From Hemiscyllium ocellatum (Eukaryota): a stretch of 64,000 nt of DNA. A program made the translations under genes and the position numbers. Each line of letters begins with the position of its first letter. The stretch's first letter is position 1. Positions 11,736 through 23,914 of this stretch are shown here, piece after piece. Location: the NCBI RefSeq assembly GCF_020745735.1, contig NC_083449.1:5678923-5742922 (forward strand). Reading direction: 5' to 3'. The notes under the pieces were generated by a model. That model searched no databases. It was given only the letters and a program-made list of their open reading frames with translations, and was not told where the DNA came from.

Positions 11736-12138
11736 CTGGAGGAAGATAGAAGAGATGCCTCCTGTAAATCAACATCAGCTGTGATTGGCAACATCATTAT
11801 AATATTCAGTTAATCATTAGGATTTTTTGTTCAACACCACTAATTTAAACAGAACCACAGGTCTGATTCCACTCCTGCTCTGAGCTGCTGCTTGTCCATT
11901 TTTTTCTTAAAATTCTAATACCAATTGAACGAGATTCAGAAACTAAACAATATCCATACAGTTCCATGAATGAGGCCACCTGATGTAGTGGGTATGTGGA
12001 TATGTGAGTTTATACCTGTCAGGCCCTGCTTGGTGAATGTGTGGGTGTAGTTATCAAACTGTAAATTTCAGTATATGGTAAATATATTTCCATATTCACA
12101 CAGCAGAGACTGGCAGAATCTGATTGATAACTAGAGAA

Positions 12139-12875
12139 TCATAAACAGAAGATAGCATGAGGGGCATTCAGCCCATCTTGTCCATGCCAATGTAAACACA
12201 CACAGGTGCCCTTTCTCATCCCACCTTCCTGCCACAGCCTGCAACCTTGCAGTTTAGAACACTTGATGTGCAATTCCAGGGAATTTTTGTTTTTTTTTAA
12301 AAATAGGGTCTCTGCCTCCACCACCAAATTAGGCAACGAATTCCAGATACCCACCACTCTCTGCATAACAAACAATTTTCCTCATATATCATCCAATCCT
12401 ACAGCCACTTAGCTTGAATCTGTGAACCCTGGTTTTTGAACTCTCTGCCAAAGGAAATAGATTCCTCCTGTCTATTCTAATGTCTCCCTCTCACTAGTTT
12501 GTTAATAATCACTCAACACCAGGTTATAGTTCAACAGGTTTATTTGGAAGTGCACGTTTTCGGAGTGCTGCTTCTTCATCAGGTAGCTCACTATTTACTT
12601 TTGGAATTTACAGCAATCCTCTACACTATCCACTCTATGGCCAATTTTTGTGTCGTCTGCAAATTTCACAAATTTGCCCACCATATTCAACTCCAAATCA
12701 TTAATGTATGAAACAAACAGCAGAGATCCGAACACTGAGCAATGCAGAGCACCACTTAAAACAGCTTTCCATTCACAAGGGCAGCCATTGCCCATTACTG
12801 TTTCTTTTCTGTGACTGAGCCAACTTTGGATCCAATTAAACACATTAACCTGTTTCCCATGGGATTTTACTTAAA
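12139..12875 (-). mobile_element. Old CR1 fragment (inverted paralog of 33946-35165)
   Basis: NWIQSWLSHRK...FADDTKIG. Matches the 33988 ORF peptide. Confidence 0.8.
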
Positions 12876-14561
12876 GTCATAGAGATGTACAGCATGGAAA
12901 CAGACTCTTCTATCCAAGCCGTCCATGCCCACCAGATATCCCAACCCAATCTAGTCCCACCTATCAGCGCCCGGCCCATCTGTCTCCAAACCCTTCCTAT
13001 TCATATACCCATCCAAATGCCTCTTAGATGTTGCAATTATACCAGCCTCCACCACATCCTCTGGCAGCTCATTCCATACACATACCACCCTCTGTGTGAA
13101 AAGGTTGCCCCTTAGGTCTCTTTTATATCTTTCCCCTCTCACCCTAAACCTATGCCCTCTAGTTCTGGACTCCCCGACCCCAGGGAAAAGACTTGGTCTA
13201 TTTATCCCATCCATGCCCCTCATAATTTTATAAGCCACTATAAGATCACCCCTGTAGCTCAGATCCTCCAACCCTGGCAACATCCTTGTAAATCTTTTCT
13301 GAACCCCTTCAAGTTTCACATCTTTCTGATAGGAAGGAGACCAGAATTCCACACAATATTCCAATAGTGGCCTAACCAATGTCCTGTACAGCTGCAACTT
13401 GACCTCCCAACTCCTGTACTCAGTACTCTGACCAATAAAGGAAAGCATACCAAATGCCTTCTTCACTATCCTATCTACCTGCAACTCCACTTTCAAGGAG
13501 CTATGAACTTGCACTCCAAGGTCTCTTTTATTCAGCAACACTCCCTAGGACCTTACCATTAAATGTATAAGTCCTGATAAAGTTTACTTTCCCAAAATGC
13601 AGCACCTCGCATTTATCTGAATTAAACTCCACCTGTCACTTCTCAGCCCATTGGCCCATCTGGTCCAGATCCTGTTGTAATCTGAGGTAACCCTCTTCGC
13701 TGTCCACTACACCTCCAATTTTGGTGTCACCTGCAAATTTACTAACTGTCCCTCTATGCTCACATCCAAATCATTTATGTAAATGACAAAAAGCAGAGGG
13801 CCCAGCACCGATCCTTGTGGCACTCCATTGGTCACAGGCTTCCAGTCTGAAAAACAACCCTCCATCACCACCCTCTGTCTTCTACCTTTCAGCCAGTTCT
13901 GTATTGAAATGGCTAGTTCTCCCTGTATTCTGTGAGATCTAACCTTGCTAATCAGTCTTCCATAGGGAACTTTGTTGAACGCCTTACTGAAGTCCATATA
14001 GATCACATCTACTGGTCTGCCCTCAATCTTCTTTGTTACTTCTTTAAAACACTCAATCAAGTTTGTGAGACGTGATTTCCCATGCACAAAGCCATGTTGA
14101 CTATCCTGAATCAGTCCTTGCCTTTCCAAATACATGTACCTCCTGTCTCTCAGGATTCCCTCCAACAACTTGCCCATCACCGAGGTCAGGCTCACCGGTC
14201 TATAGTTCCCTGGCTTGTCTTTACCACTCTTCTTAAACAGTGGCACTATGTTTGCCAACCTCCAGTCTTCCGGCACCTCACCTGTAACTATCGATGATAC
14301 AAATATCTCAGCAAGAGGCCAGACAATCACTTCTCTAGCTTTCCACAGAGTAAGAACTTGGGTACACCTGATCAGGTCCTAGGGATTTATCCACCATTAA
14401 CCGTTTCAAGATATCCAGCACTTCCTCCTCTGTAATCTGGACATTTTGCAAGATGTCACCATCTATTTCCCTACAGTCTATATCTTCCATATCCTTTTCC
14501 ACAGTAAATATTCCACAACAAGATATTCATTTAGTATCTCCCCCATTTTCTGTGGCTCCAC
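12876..14561 (-). mobile_element. CR1 LINE, 5'-truncated ORF2 (RT)
   Basis: ORFs 13707-14330 and 12951-13541: [41 protein letters not shown]. 3' tail (ctatgact). Confidence 0.92.
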
Positions 14562-14580
14562 ACTTCTTGGGCCAGTCTGT

Positions 14581-16080
14581 TGTGATGCTGCTGCTCCTTT
14601 AACAAGCTTGTAAAAGACACAGGCTCGAAAAAGTCTGCGTTGATGAGTTTTAGGGCCATATTGATTATAGCTAACAGATAATGCCTTAGGCAAAAGGCTT
14701 CCACATTTTTAAAAAGAACACTTGTACAATGAAAGGGGAGTGGCCCAGTTTTCCCAGCTCAGCTTTTCTCTGGTTTGATTTGGTTTTTGGCTGAAAGCAG
14801 TCAGGCAGTTGAAAAAGCTGCTGAACCCAAAGAAGCAAGTCCATGATGGTACCATTTTTCTGACATCTCTCCTGTAAGACACTGTGTTTGATTTTAGTTT
14901 TTGTGGCAAGGGGTGTTTATGGGGACTGTTGTAAATGTTGGGATCATCATCATTAAGTTGGTATAATCCGTTGAGTTTTCAGGTTTGTTGTTATTCAGTC
15001 TTCTGTTCTCTTTTGCAAATAGCTCAACATTTAAATTTGCTGCAAACACCATCACACTCTTTAGAGGTGGCTAACATTCAATTGAAAATTAAACAATTCG
15101 AGTTAGAGGCAAAAGTTAAGGAAAGGGCAATAGAAACAAAACAGTTTGAATTACTAGTAAAAGCAGAAGAGAGGGAGAAGAGAGAAAAACTGAGAGCGAG
15201 GAAAGGAAGAAAGAGGGAGTTTGAACTTTAGTAACTGGCACTTAGACAGGAGTTCAAAACTTCATTTCCTGATGTAATGAGAACTATGTGGAAGAGCAGA
15301 GAGCTAAAACAGCAAGACTGGCATCAGAAATAGCTGATGATTGAGTTGATCAATAAATCAAATTTGGGCTGCCAAAATCAGTTTCAATCCATGAGGAATA
15401 ATAATTGTGGATTATAGAAATTCTCACGCGGAAAGGGAAAAGTATATCTCGGTGAAGATCATATGGATGATTTACCACGGTAAAAAGGAAACCCTTGAAA
15501 GAGAAGTGAAAAAGCTCTGGTGTTCTCACTGCAATAAAGTAGGCCACATGAAATCGGTGTTGGTGGGTTAGGAAAAGCACTGAGAAGCCAAAATGTAGGA
15601 AAACAGGATAAGCCAGTGAATTTTGTTGGAGTGGTAACCGAGAGTACTGTGGAGACTAGAAAGCTACACCAGAATGTACAAGCTGGTTGGAGGTTGTTTA
15701 TGGAGGAAGTGCCAGATCTTCTTAAACCATACACCGTGAAGGTAAAGTTTACTCACATAAGTCAGGAACAGCAGGTAAAGAGGTAACAATATTAGCAAAC
15801 ACAAGGATCCTCTCAATCTGTGATGCCATAAAATGAGGATATATGTACCTCTGAAGGACTATTGCCAAAAAAAGTACGAGTAGCGGGAATTCACATTGAA
15901 ATAAGAAATGCTCAATTGTAAGAAGTGAGGTTAGAGTGTCGAGTGAAGAGGGGAGAAGTCATAGTAGGAGTAGTGGCTAAACTTTCAGCTCCAGGAATAC
16001 AATTTATCCTTGCTAATGATGTTGCTGATTCACTGGTAGGAGTGTTGCCTACTGTGGTTGAAAAATCAATGGAAATTGCC
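14581..16080 (+). mobile_element. Ty3/Gypsy LTR retrotransposon remnant (LTR, gag with Zn knuckle, protease)
   Basis: LTR starts TGTGATGCTGC. Coiled-coil gag IAQHLNL...QFELEAKVKE, CSHCNKVGH knuckle (~15522-15550), and protease-region GEVIVGVVAKLSAPGIQFILAND. Confidence 0.72.
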
Positions 16081-16640
16081 CATAGTGTTTGGTGCATTAG
16101 TCAGAGAGAGATGGGTCTTCGGAGGGTTGGTGTGGACTTGTTGGGCTGAAGGGTATGTTTCCACACTGTAGGGAATCTAATCTAAAAAAATCTAATCTAA
16201 TCTATAACCTGGTGTTGTGTGATTTTTAACTTCATACCAATTGAGTGAGATCCAGAAACTGAGCAACAACTGCCCAGCACCATGAATGGGAGTACTCAAC
16301 CAACAGGATGCTTATACAGTTCAATATCCAACTCCCCAACCGCCTGTTCGAAAGTGGGAAAACGGCGCTATTTCTAATGTTTTTACTAAGGCCCCAGTGT
16401 ATGTCCTTTTACAAGAGTATCACACTCCTACAGTTGGTCCACACAACCTCAAGAAACAGCGGGAAACACAATGAAACAGGGCCCACAGCATCTTCCTCCC
16501 GCTCTGTCTCCCACAGCAGGCCCACACACAGCCCGAGAAAGGCCTCTCTCTTCCCCCCAGCCCGCTCACTCCAAGTTCCGGGACCAGTTCCTGCTCCGCT
16601 CGGCCCCTTACAAACAGCCCCCGGTTCTCCCTGAACTCAC

Positions 16641-16836
16641 CCCGAATCAATCCCAGTGTCGGAGCCCCCTCTGTGTCCCAGGCTCCCATCCCGATGTGCT
16701 GCTGGAAGGAGCCTGCTGTTCCCTCCCTTCCCTGGGCGCTGATCTCTCCATTGCGGTCTGTTTCAAACAAACCTCTTGCACTCACTGAGTAAATGCTCCT
16801 CAATGGCAGCGCTGGGGGAGGGCTTCACGCATGCGC
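16641..16836 (-). promoter_or_regulatory. NRF1-site CpG promoter and candidate first exon (copy 1)
   Basis: GCGCATGCGT at 16836-16827, GC-rich exon with gcaATGG (16751), and donor CGGG|gtgagt at 16641/16640. Confidence 0.5.
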
Positions 16837-16867
16837 TCCTCTACTCAGGAACAGTCCCCTTTGGGGA

Positions 16868-17361
16868 GAAAAGTTTAAAATCACACAACAGGTTGAATTG
16901 GAAGCACAGTAGCTTTCGGAGCATCGCCCCTTCATCAGGTGGTAGTGGAGGGCTCAATCCTAACACGGAATTTATAGCAAAAATTTACAGTATGATGTAA
17001 CTGAAATTATACATTGAAAAATTGATTGTCCGTTAAGCCTTTCATCTGTTAGAATATCATAATAGTTTCACTTCTTCCATGTATAAATCACAATACCTTT
17101 TTAAAAAAAAGTTGCATTCTCAGGTTAGCTGTTAAAAATTGTGATACCTAGTCAGACAATATGTTGAAGGTGTTAACCCCCTGTGTTTTCTGTCTATGCC
17201 AGATTGATTCTAATCTAAAAAGTGAGATCACAGAGTTTTACATGAATTCATGTAGTTTTTGAGCAAAGTGCAATGTAATCCTGCAAGTACATATTCAGCC
17301 CACAAAATATGTGTGCATGTGGGTCTTTCTGGGTTGGGAGTTGTGAGTGTGAGAAAGCATA

Positions 17362-17395
<34 letters not shown>

Positions 17396-18125
17396 TGTGT
17401 GGTGAGTGCAGTGTGTCTTAAGTCTGTGAGGGGGTGCATGTGTGAGTGTGGGAGTGTGTGTGTCTGTAAGGGTGTTGTGTGGGTGTCTGTGTGCGCATTT
17501 GTGTATATGTGTGTCTGTGTGTATAGGAGTGCCTGTGTGTGTGTGTGTGTGTGTATATAGTGCAATGTTGGTCACCTGTAATGTGACATGAACACAAGGT
17601 CCCTGTTGAGGCCCTCCCTCTGAGTACCAAACTTAGCTATCAGCCTCTGCTCGTCCACTTTTCACTGATGCCTGTCCCGAAGTCCGCCATGGAGGATGGT
17701 CACCCGATGGTCCGAGGTCGAATGTCCTGGGTCACTGAAGTGTTCTCCAACTGGAACATTCCTGTCTGTTGATTGTTGTGCGGTGCCCATTCATCCGTTG
17801 TCGTAGCCTTTGGTCGGTTTCCCCAATACATCATGCCTCCAGGCATCATTTTCTGCAACGTTGGCTGAGTCACCTGATAGACAAGATAGACAACTGGCTA
17901 AGTCACATGAGTACTTGCCATGTACAAGGTGGGAGATGTGCCCACGCGTAATGGTGGTATCTATGTCCAAAGTCTGACAAATCTTGCAGCCCCTACCCTG
18001 ACAGGGTTGTATGGAGTTGTCCTGGGAGCCTGGCAGCTTGCTACGAACAACGATCTGTTTGAGGTTTGGTGGTTGTTTAAAAGCAAGTCGTGGAGGTGTG
18101 GAGAAGGCGTTGGGGAGAAAAGGTT
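16868..18125 (-). mobile_element. Penelope-like 3' fragment (GIY-YIG region, (CA)n tract, hammerhead, tail)
   Basis: PPRLAFKQPPNLKQIVVRSKLP...PCQGRGCKIC. Hammerhead core on the minus strand at ~16906-16941. Confidence 0.82.
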
Positions 18126-18248
18126 CAGTACCGGATACAGTTGGGGCTGGAGTGAGCTGGAGGCGGAGCTGGATGATCAAAGCCATTTCCCTACTCTGTC
18201 CGTCACTCAATTTCCTCTCCGGACCCGCCTCTCACTCTCTGTCAGCTC

Positions 18249-18283
18249 GTTCTCAGTCAGGTCGGGCCGGGCTGTATAAAAAA
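18249..18283 (+). promoter_or_regulatory. H4 proximal promoter (site II/HiNF-P-like element and TATA box)
   Basis: GTTCTCAGTCAGGTCGG resembles the vertebrate H4 site II element. TATAAAAAA at 18275. Confidence 0.65.
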
Positions 18284-18328
18284 GGAAGGGGAGGCAGCTC
18301 GTCTCTCATTCGGCAGCGATTTGAGTGA

Positions 18329-18649
<321 letters not shown>

Positions 18650-18681
18650 GGATAAAGCGACCCTTTTCCAGCGAACCCAAA

Positions 18682-18723
18682 AGCTCTTCTCAGAGCCACC
18701 CAAACCCTCCCGATAGAGAGCGG
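18682..18723 (+). terminator. Histone 3' stem-loop (variant) and HDE
   Basis: cccaaa-AGCTCT-TCTC-AGAGCC-accca, followed by purine-rich GATAGAGAGCGG at 18712-18723. Confidence 0.88.
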
Positions 18724-19254
18724 AGACCCGAGGATGGGGAGACCAGCACATACCGGTTCTCGGTATTGTTGCCGGTTATTTCACATATACCGTGACAATT
18801 TAGTAATGCCGTCTTCTGCGTTAGGCCAGGGAGCATTCAGAGTGGACGGTTCACTTTATTGCTGTTTACCGTGGCCAATGATTTTATAATTGTAAGCATT
18901 CCTACAGTGTAGGTAAGAGGCTATTCGGCCAATCGAGACTACCGTTCTGCAACCTGTAATTGTAAGATACAGTAGCAGTAGCCACTCTGCCCGTCCAGTT
19001 TGTTTTGCTAATTCGATCATGGCTGATATTTTTCAAACTTTATTTTTGTGCCTGCTCCCCGTAACCATTTGCCCGTTCACGCAGCGATTACAAATTGTCT
19101 TCGAGCAAGTAATAACCCCAGGTGAAATAAAAATGTATTGATAAAGCGTGGTTCTGTAATTCTATGGGTGTACACTGTATTACCTTTGAAGATGTTTCAA
19201 TTGGCGGGCCTTCGATTGATTCACGGCGGATACAAGTTCGGTTGCTCATCCACA

Positions 19255-19540
19255 GAAAGCAGGAAGCGATAGGGGACATCAGTTAAAAACAAAAACCACA
19301 TGCAGCGACAGTGAATTTGCAACTAATGTGATCTTCATTCAGGGATTGCGGAATCTATGAAAAAATATAGCAATAAGAAATGTGATTTAAACATCAGATT
19401 TTGGTATTGGTTAGATACTTCTGGAGAAACCCCATCTCCTCATTGACAGGAGAGAAAGGGGAAAAAATGGCGCCAAGAGACCAATGGCTTATTTTCAAAT
19501 TTGAAAATGCCCGCCATCACGTATAAAAGAGCAACAGGTT
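19255..19540 (+). promoter_or_regulatory. Orphan histone-promoter-like module (YY1/E2F, CCAAT, double CHR palindrome, TATA)
   Basis: AAAATGGCGCCAA (19464), CCAAT (19481), palindrome ATTTTCAAATTTGAAAAT (19491-19508), CCCGCCA and TATAAAAG (19522). Inverted paralog at 48580-48905 and homologous to H2A upstream 47401-47475. Confidence 0.55.
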
Positions 19541-19708
19541 TTGCAGAGGAGAATGCATGAGCCCAGAGGCAGGGGATAAAAAAGTGGATATGAAGTGCAG
19601 AGTGTCAGAATTAAAATGATCATTATCTGAATATTGCATTGATTATTTGATGTATTTCTGCTCAGCTGCTAGTGACGTACAGGAGATCTCTCTTTTGTCT
19701 TTCTCCAG

Positions 19709-19763
19709 GCAAATATTTGATGGATCAATCCAAGGGTGACCAGCTGCTTCTCACACCCAGCAG
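19709..19763 (+). other. Repeated candidate exon, copy B (55 nt, internally deleted)
   Basis: tcttttgtctttctccag|GCAAATAT...CCCAGCAG|gtatgt. Confidence 0.45.
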
Positions 19764-20309
19764 GTATGTTACCACTGTCAGAGTGGAGGATGTCCTTTCC
19801 GCTCTCTGAGTGGATTGAGTCAGACACACAGAGCTCAATTTCCAGAAGTACACATTCAATCCAAGAGTTAAACGCAACTGACAATATATAAATCTATATT
19901 ATTTCACCCTGTTCTCAATGCATACCACCTTAGTGACACTAAATTCCAGTATTCAAAGCCAATTATCATTCAGAAGATTAGAAGCAGGTTAGCCTGTATG
20001 CTTGTAATAAATATGCATTTGAGCTGCATTAAATCCATATGTAGAATATGCATTTTTAAAGTTATAATTAATAATCATTTATGCTGTTACATTGTTATAA
20101 CAAGTATATATGAAGTTGATATTGAGTGCAGATATAGAAGCAAAATTGGATATTGAGCAACTGAGCAGGACAAGTTTATTCTTTTAATAAATAGTTGTTC
20201 AGTACAAAGACAATAATCAAACAATGTAAATTCCAAATGAACCTCTTGGGTCAAGCCTGATCTACAGAGGATGCTTCTAGAGAGATGCTTACAGCCCATT
20301 CACACATGT

Positions 20310-21016
20310 GCATACTTGGTAGTGTGGATGAGCAGAGGGATCTTGGTGTCCATGTACACAGATCTCTGAAAGTTGCCACCCAGGTAAATAGTGCTGTGAG
20401 GAAGGCATATGGTGTACTGGGCTTTATTGGTCGAGGAATTGAGTTCCGGAGTCCTGAGGTCATGTTGCAACTGTATAAGACTCTGGTGCGGCCTCAACTG
20501 GAGTATTGTGTGCAGTTTTGGTCGCCATACTATAGGAAGGATGTGGAGGCATTGGAACGAGTGCAGAGGAGGTTTACCAGGATGTTGCCTGGAATGGTAG
20601 GAAAATCTTATGAGGAAAGGCTGAGGCACTTGGGGCTGTTCTCATTGGAGAAGAGAAGGTTTAGGGGAGATTTGATAGAGGTGTATAAGATGATTAGGGG
20701 TTTAGATAGGGTTGACAGTGAGAACCTTTTACCGCTAATGGAGTCAGGTGTTACTAGGGGACACAGCTTTAAATTAAGGGGTGGTAGGTATAGGACAGAT
20801 GTTAGGGGTAGATTCTTTACATAGCGGGTTGTGAGTTCATGGAATGCCCTGCCAGTAGCAGTGGTGAACTCTCCTTCTTTATGGTCATTTAAGCGGGCAT
20901 TGGATAGGCATTTGGAAGTTATTGGGCTAGTGTAGGTTAGGTAGGATTCGGTCGGCGCAACATCGAGGGCCGAAGGGCCTGTACTGCGCTGTATCTTTCT
21001 ATGTTCTATGTTCTAT
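20310..21016 (+). mobile_element. Young CR1 3' fragment
   Basis: Open RT C-terminal frame (ORF 20285-20824) and a (TTCTATG)n tail. Confidence 0.92.
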
Positions 21017-22239
21017 ATGTCTCTGTCTCTCAGCCTGGTGTTGACGAAAATATACTTTATCCACACTCCCATTCTGATTGAGTGCCTGAGTAATGGAGAA
21101 GCATTTCCAGACTTTTTAAATGTATGAAGCACTGATTGATAAGACAATAAACCTACCTCATAAAGTGCATCAGATCTGCAGGACTGGAAACACAAGGAGA
21201 CAGTGTCAGTGTGATATAGACCAGTACCACTCTTCAAAGTGATACAGATTGGCAGCACAACAGAAAACTCACTCTCGCTCAGCCAGTTAATGTTGAAAGG
21301 AGAAAAAAGCAATTTAGGCCAACAAGTACTTCCAAATATGAACAGTTATCAATTGACGGACCAAATTATTAATTGCTTCAGAGGATGTTAGTGTTAGATG
21401 TTACATTACTGCACTGCCCAGCAGCAACTGACAAAGACTAGTGCACACACAAAATGTAAAAATAAAACTGAGATTAAATACAGTAAAATTCAAATTCTTG
21501 GCAAAGATAAGTATTGAACTAACTTTAATCCCTCGATCACACCGGTTTAGCAAACATTGAACTGGTTTATCCTACACCCTGACTGAAAAAAACAGAACTG
21601 AACATAGAAAGAGAATGGCATCCACATACTCGACTCATCACTGCACACGAGCAAAACTGGCACTCTAGGTATTCAAAAGCTGATAACTGCAGAACTAATC
21701 TCAAATTTCATTTACACCGAGACACTGGCAATGAGTGGATGAGGTTCAGAATCCCAAACAGTTATTGAAAACTAGTATGGAGGACAGATGAAGAATAGAA
21801 TGTCCCAGCACAGACATAACAGGCTGAATGGCTGTACCAATTCTGTGAATGAGTCATAAATCACAAAATGCATAAGAGTTTAAGGCCCATTCACAACAGC
21901 CTAAAAGCTGCTATCACAGATTGAATTACAGTCACAGAGAACTTGTTTTTTCTAATTCAGTCATGGGATGGGGCATCAGTGGCTCGGCCAGCATTTGTTG
22001 CACATCCCTAACTACCCATGCAGTACTTAGGAGTCAACCACATTGATGTGTGTCTGCAGTCACGTGCAGGCCAGACAAGGTAAGGTTGGCAGTTTCCTCC
22101 CTTCAAGCACATTAGTGAACCAGATGAGGTTTTCTGGCAATCAACAATAGACTCATGGACATCATTAGATTCTTAGAATATTATTGGCTGTCAGAGAATT
22201 GAGCAACTTTGATATATATACAAGTTGAAAGTGACTGGA

Positions 22240-22825
22240 ACTCATTGAGAACTTCACTCTCACAGTCACACAGCAGAAACTGGCATATATAGGTCAATTC
22301 CTAAATTCACACATGGACACAGCAGAAATTGACATATATACATCAAGTCTTAAACTCTCGTATGGACACAACTGAAACTGACAGTCATTGATTGATATCT
22401 GCTCTCACAATATTCACGTTGCAGAAACTGAAAGGGAGAGAACAATAATCATGCACACACATATGACAGGTACAGGTTGATAACTAGACTAACAGATTTG
22501 CATAGCAAAACCTGACAGGTACAGTATGATAAATGAATTTACGTATTTATAAACAAGAAGCTGGTAGATACAAATTAGTAACTGCACTCTCAGATGCACA
22601 GAGCAGAATCTGACAGGGACAGGTTGGTTAGTAACTCACACATGCTGGTGGTAGTAAATTTTGGAGGAAGATTGATAACTACACTCTCATGTTCACAAAG
22701 CAGAAACTGACAGGAATAGATTGATTATGCTCCCAATTTCAAATCACCTAAATTGACGTGTATACTTTGATATAACACTCACGTATTCACAGAGAAGAAA
22801 TTGACAGGCAGAGATTGATAACAAA
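22240..22825. repeat. Diverged ~49-bp minisatellite array
   Basis: Unit ~GCAGAAACTGACAGGTACAGATTGATAACTACACTCTCACATTCACACA. Anchor motif recurs at ~22272, 22322, 22372 and 22421. Confidence 0.85.
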
Positions 22826-22829
22826 AAAA

Positions 22830-23450
22830 AATATTGGTGGAACATTCACAGGTCTGGCAAATTTCGGGTCTAGTGACCGGTCCTCAGAACTGATAGTGGC
22901 AAGGAGAATGCACAAAATGTGCTCACCTCTGTGTTGGGGAAACTGAACGCAGAGTGGGTGTCCACTTTGCAGAACACTTACATTCTATACAGACAAAAAG
23001 ACCCTGAACTTCCAGTTACCTGTCACTTCAACACACCACCCTGTTCCCTGGCCACCATTTCTGTCTCAGGCTCGCTGCAGTGCTCTAGTCGAGCTCAGTG
23101 CATGCTTGAAGAACAGCATCTCATTTTCTGCTTGGGAACTCGACAGCCTTCTGGACTCAGTATTGAGTTCTTCAACTTTAGGGCTTCAGCTCACCCATGT
23201 CATTACCCAAAACTCGACACATCCGGTCTTGTTAACATATAGTCAGCTGTTATACACCACCAATTATGAGCCATTAACAGGCCCTATTAATAGGCTATTC
23301 ACCCTCTTAGTGTGACAGTTATCCATTCCTTTGTCTGTTCTACTGTTCTTCTCTTTCTTTGGACTCTACCTCCATCTATCTTTTACTTGTCACCTTTCCG
23401 CCCAGCCTGTCTTCTGTACAAAAACTAATATTTTCCTAGCTACCACCAGA
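22830..23450 (+). mobile_element. Decayed Penelope-like GIY-YIG fragment
   Basis: ELPVTCHFNTPP...LEEQHLIFCLGTRQPSGLSIEF. Confidence 0.75.
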
Positions 23451-23536
23451 AAATACAGAAGTTTGAGTACACCATCAAGAAACTCAAGAACAGCTTCTCT
23501 GTTATCAGACTTTTGAATGTACTGCTGATATTTTAA

Positions 23537-23742
23537 GGTGAAAGTGGGTACTGCAGATGCTGGAGATTAGAGTCACAATTAGAGTGATGCTGGAAAAGCA
23601 CAGCAGGATAGGCAGCATCCGAGGAGCAGAAAAATTGACGTTTTGGGCATTCCTGATGAAAGGCTTTTGTCCAAAAAGTCGATTTTCCTGCTCCTCAGAT
23701 GTTGCCTGACCTTCTGTGCTTTCCCAGCACCACTCTAATCTC
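23537..23742. mobile_element. Penelope-derived fold-back mini-element
   Basis: Inverted arms of the hammerhead-tail unit, with CTGATGA at ~23653. Confidence 0.75.
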
Positions 23743-23914
23743 ATTCAAATTTTAATGTTAATCTCTCTCTCTTTGCAGCTTTAATACTGTATTACAGATT
23801 CTGTTCTATTACCCTGATGCATTTTGTATGATATTATCTGCCTGTAAAGCACACAAAACAATGCTTTCCATTGTTTTCAGTGCATGTGAGAATAATAAAT
23901 CATATCAAATGAAA

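Larger units (their letters stand above)
16200..18125 (-). repeat. Inverted segmental duplicate of ~49900-51870
   Basis: Colinear reverse-complement similarity. ORFs 16420-16803(-) and 51234-51731(+) share ~100 near-identical N-terminal residues. Confidence 0.9.

Noticed and set aside
17228-17630. His/Thr- or Cys/Val-rich ORFs
   Set aside because: They are translations of the (CA)n-rich 3' region of a Penelope element.
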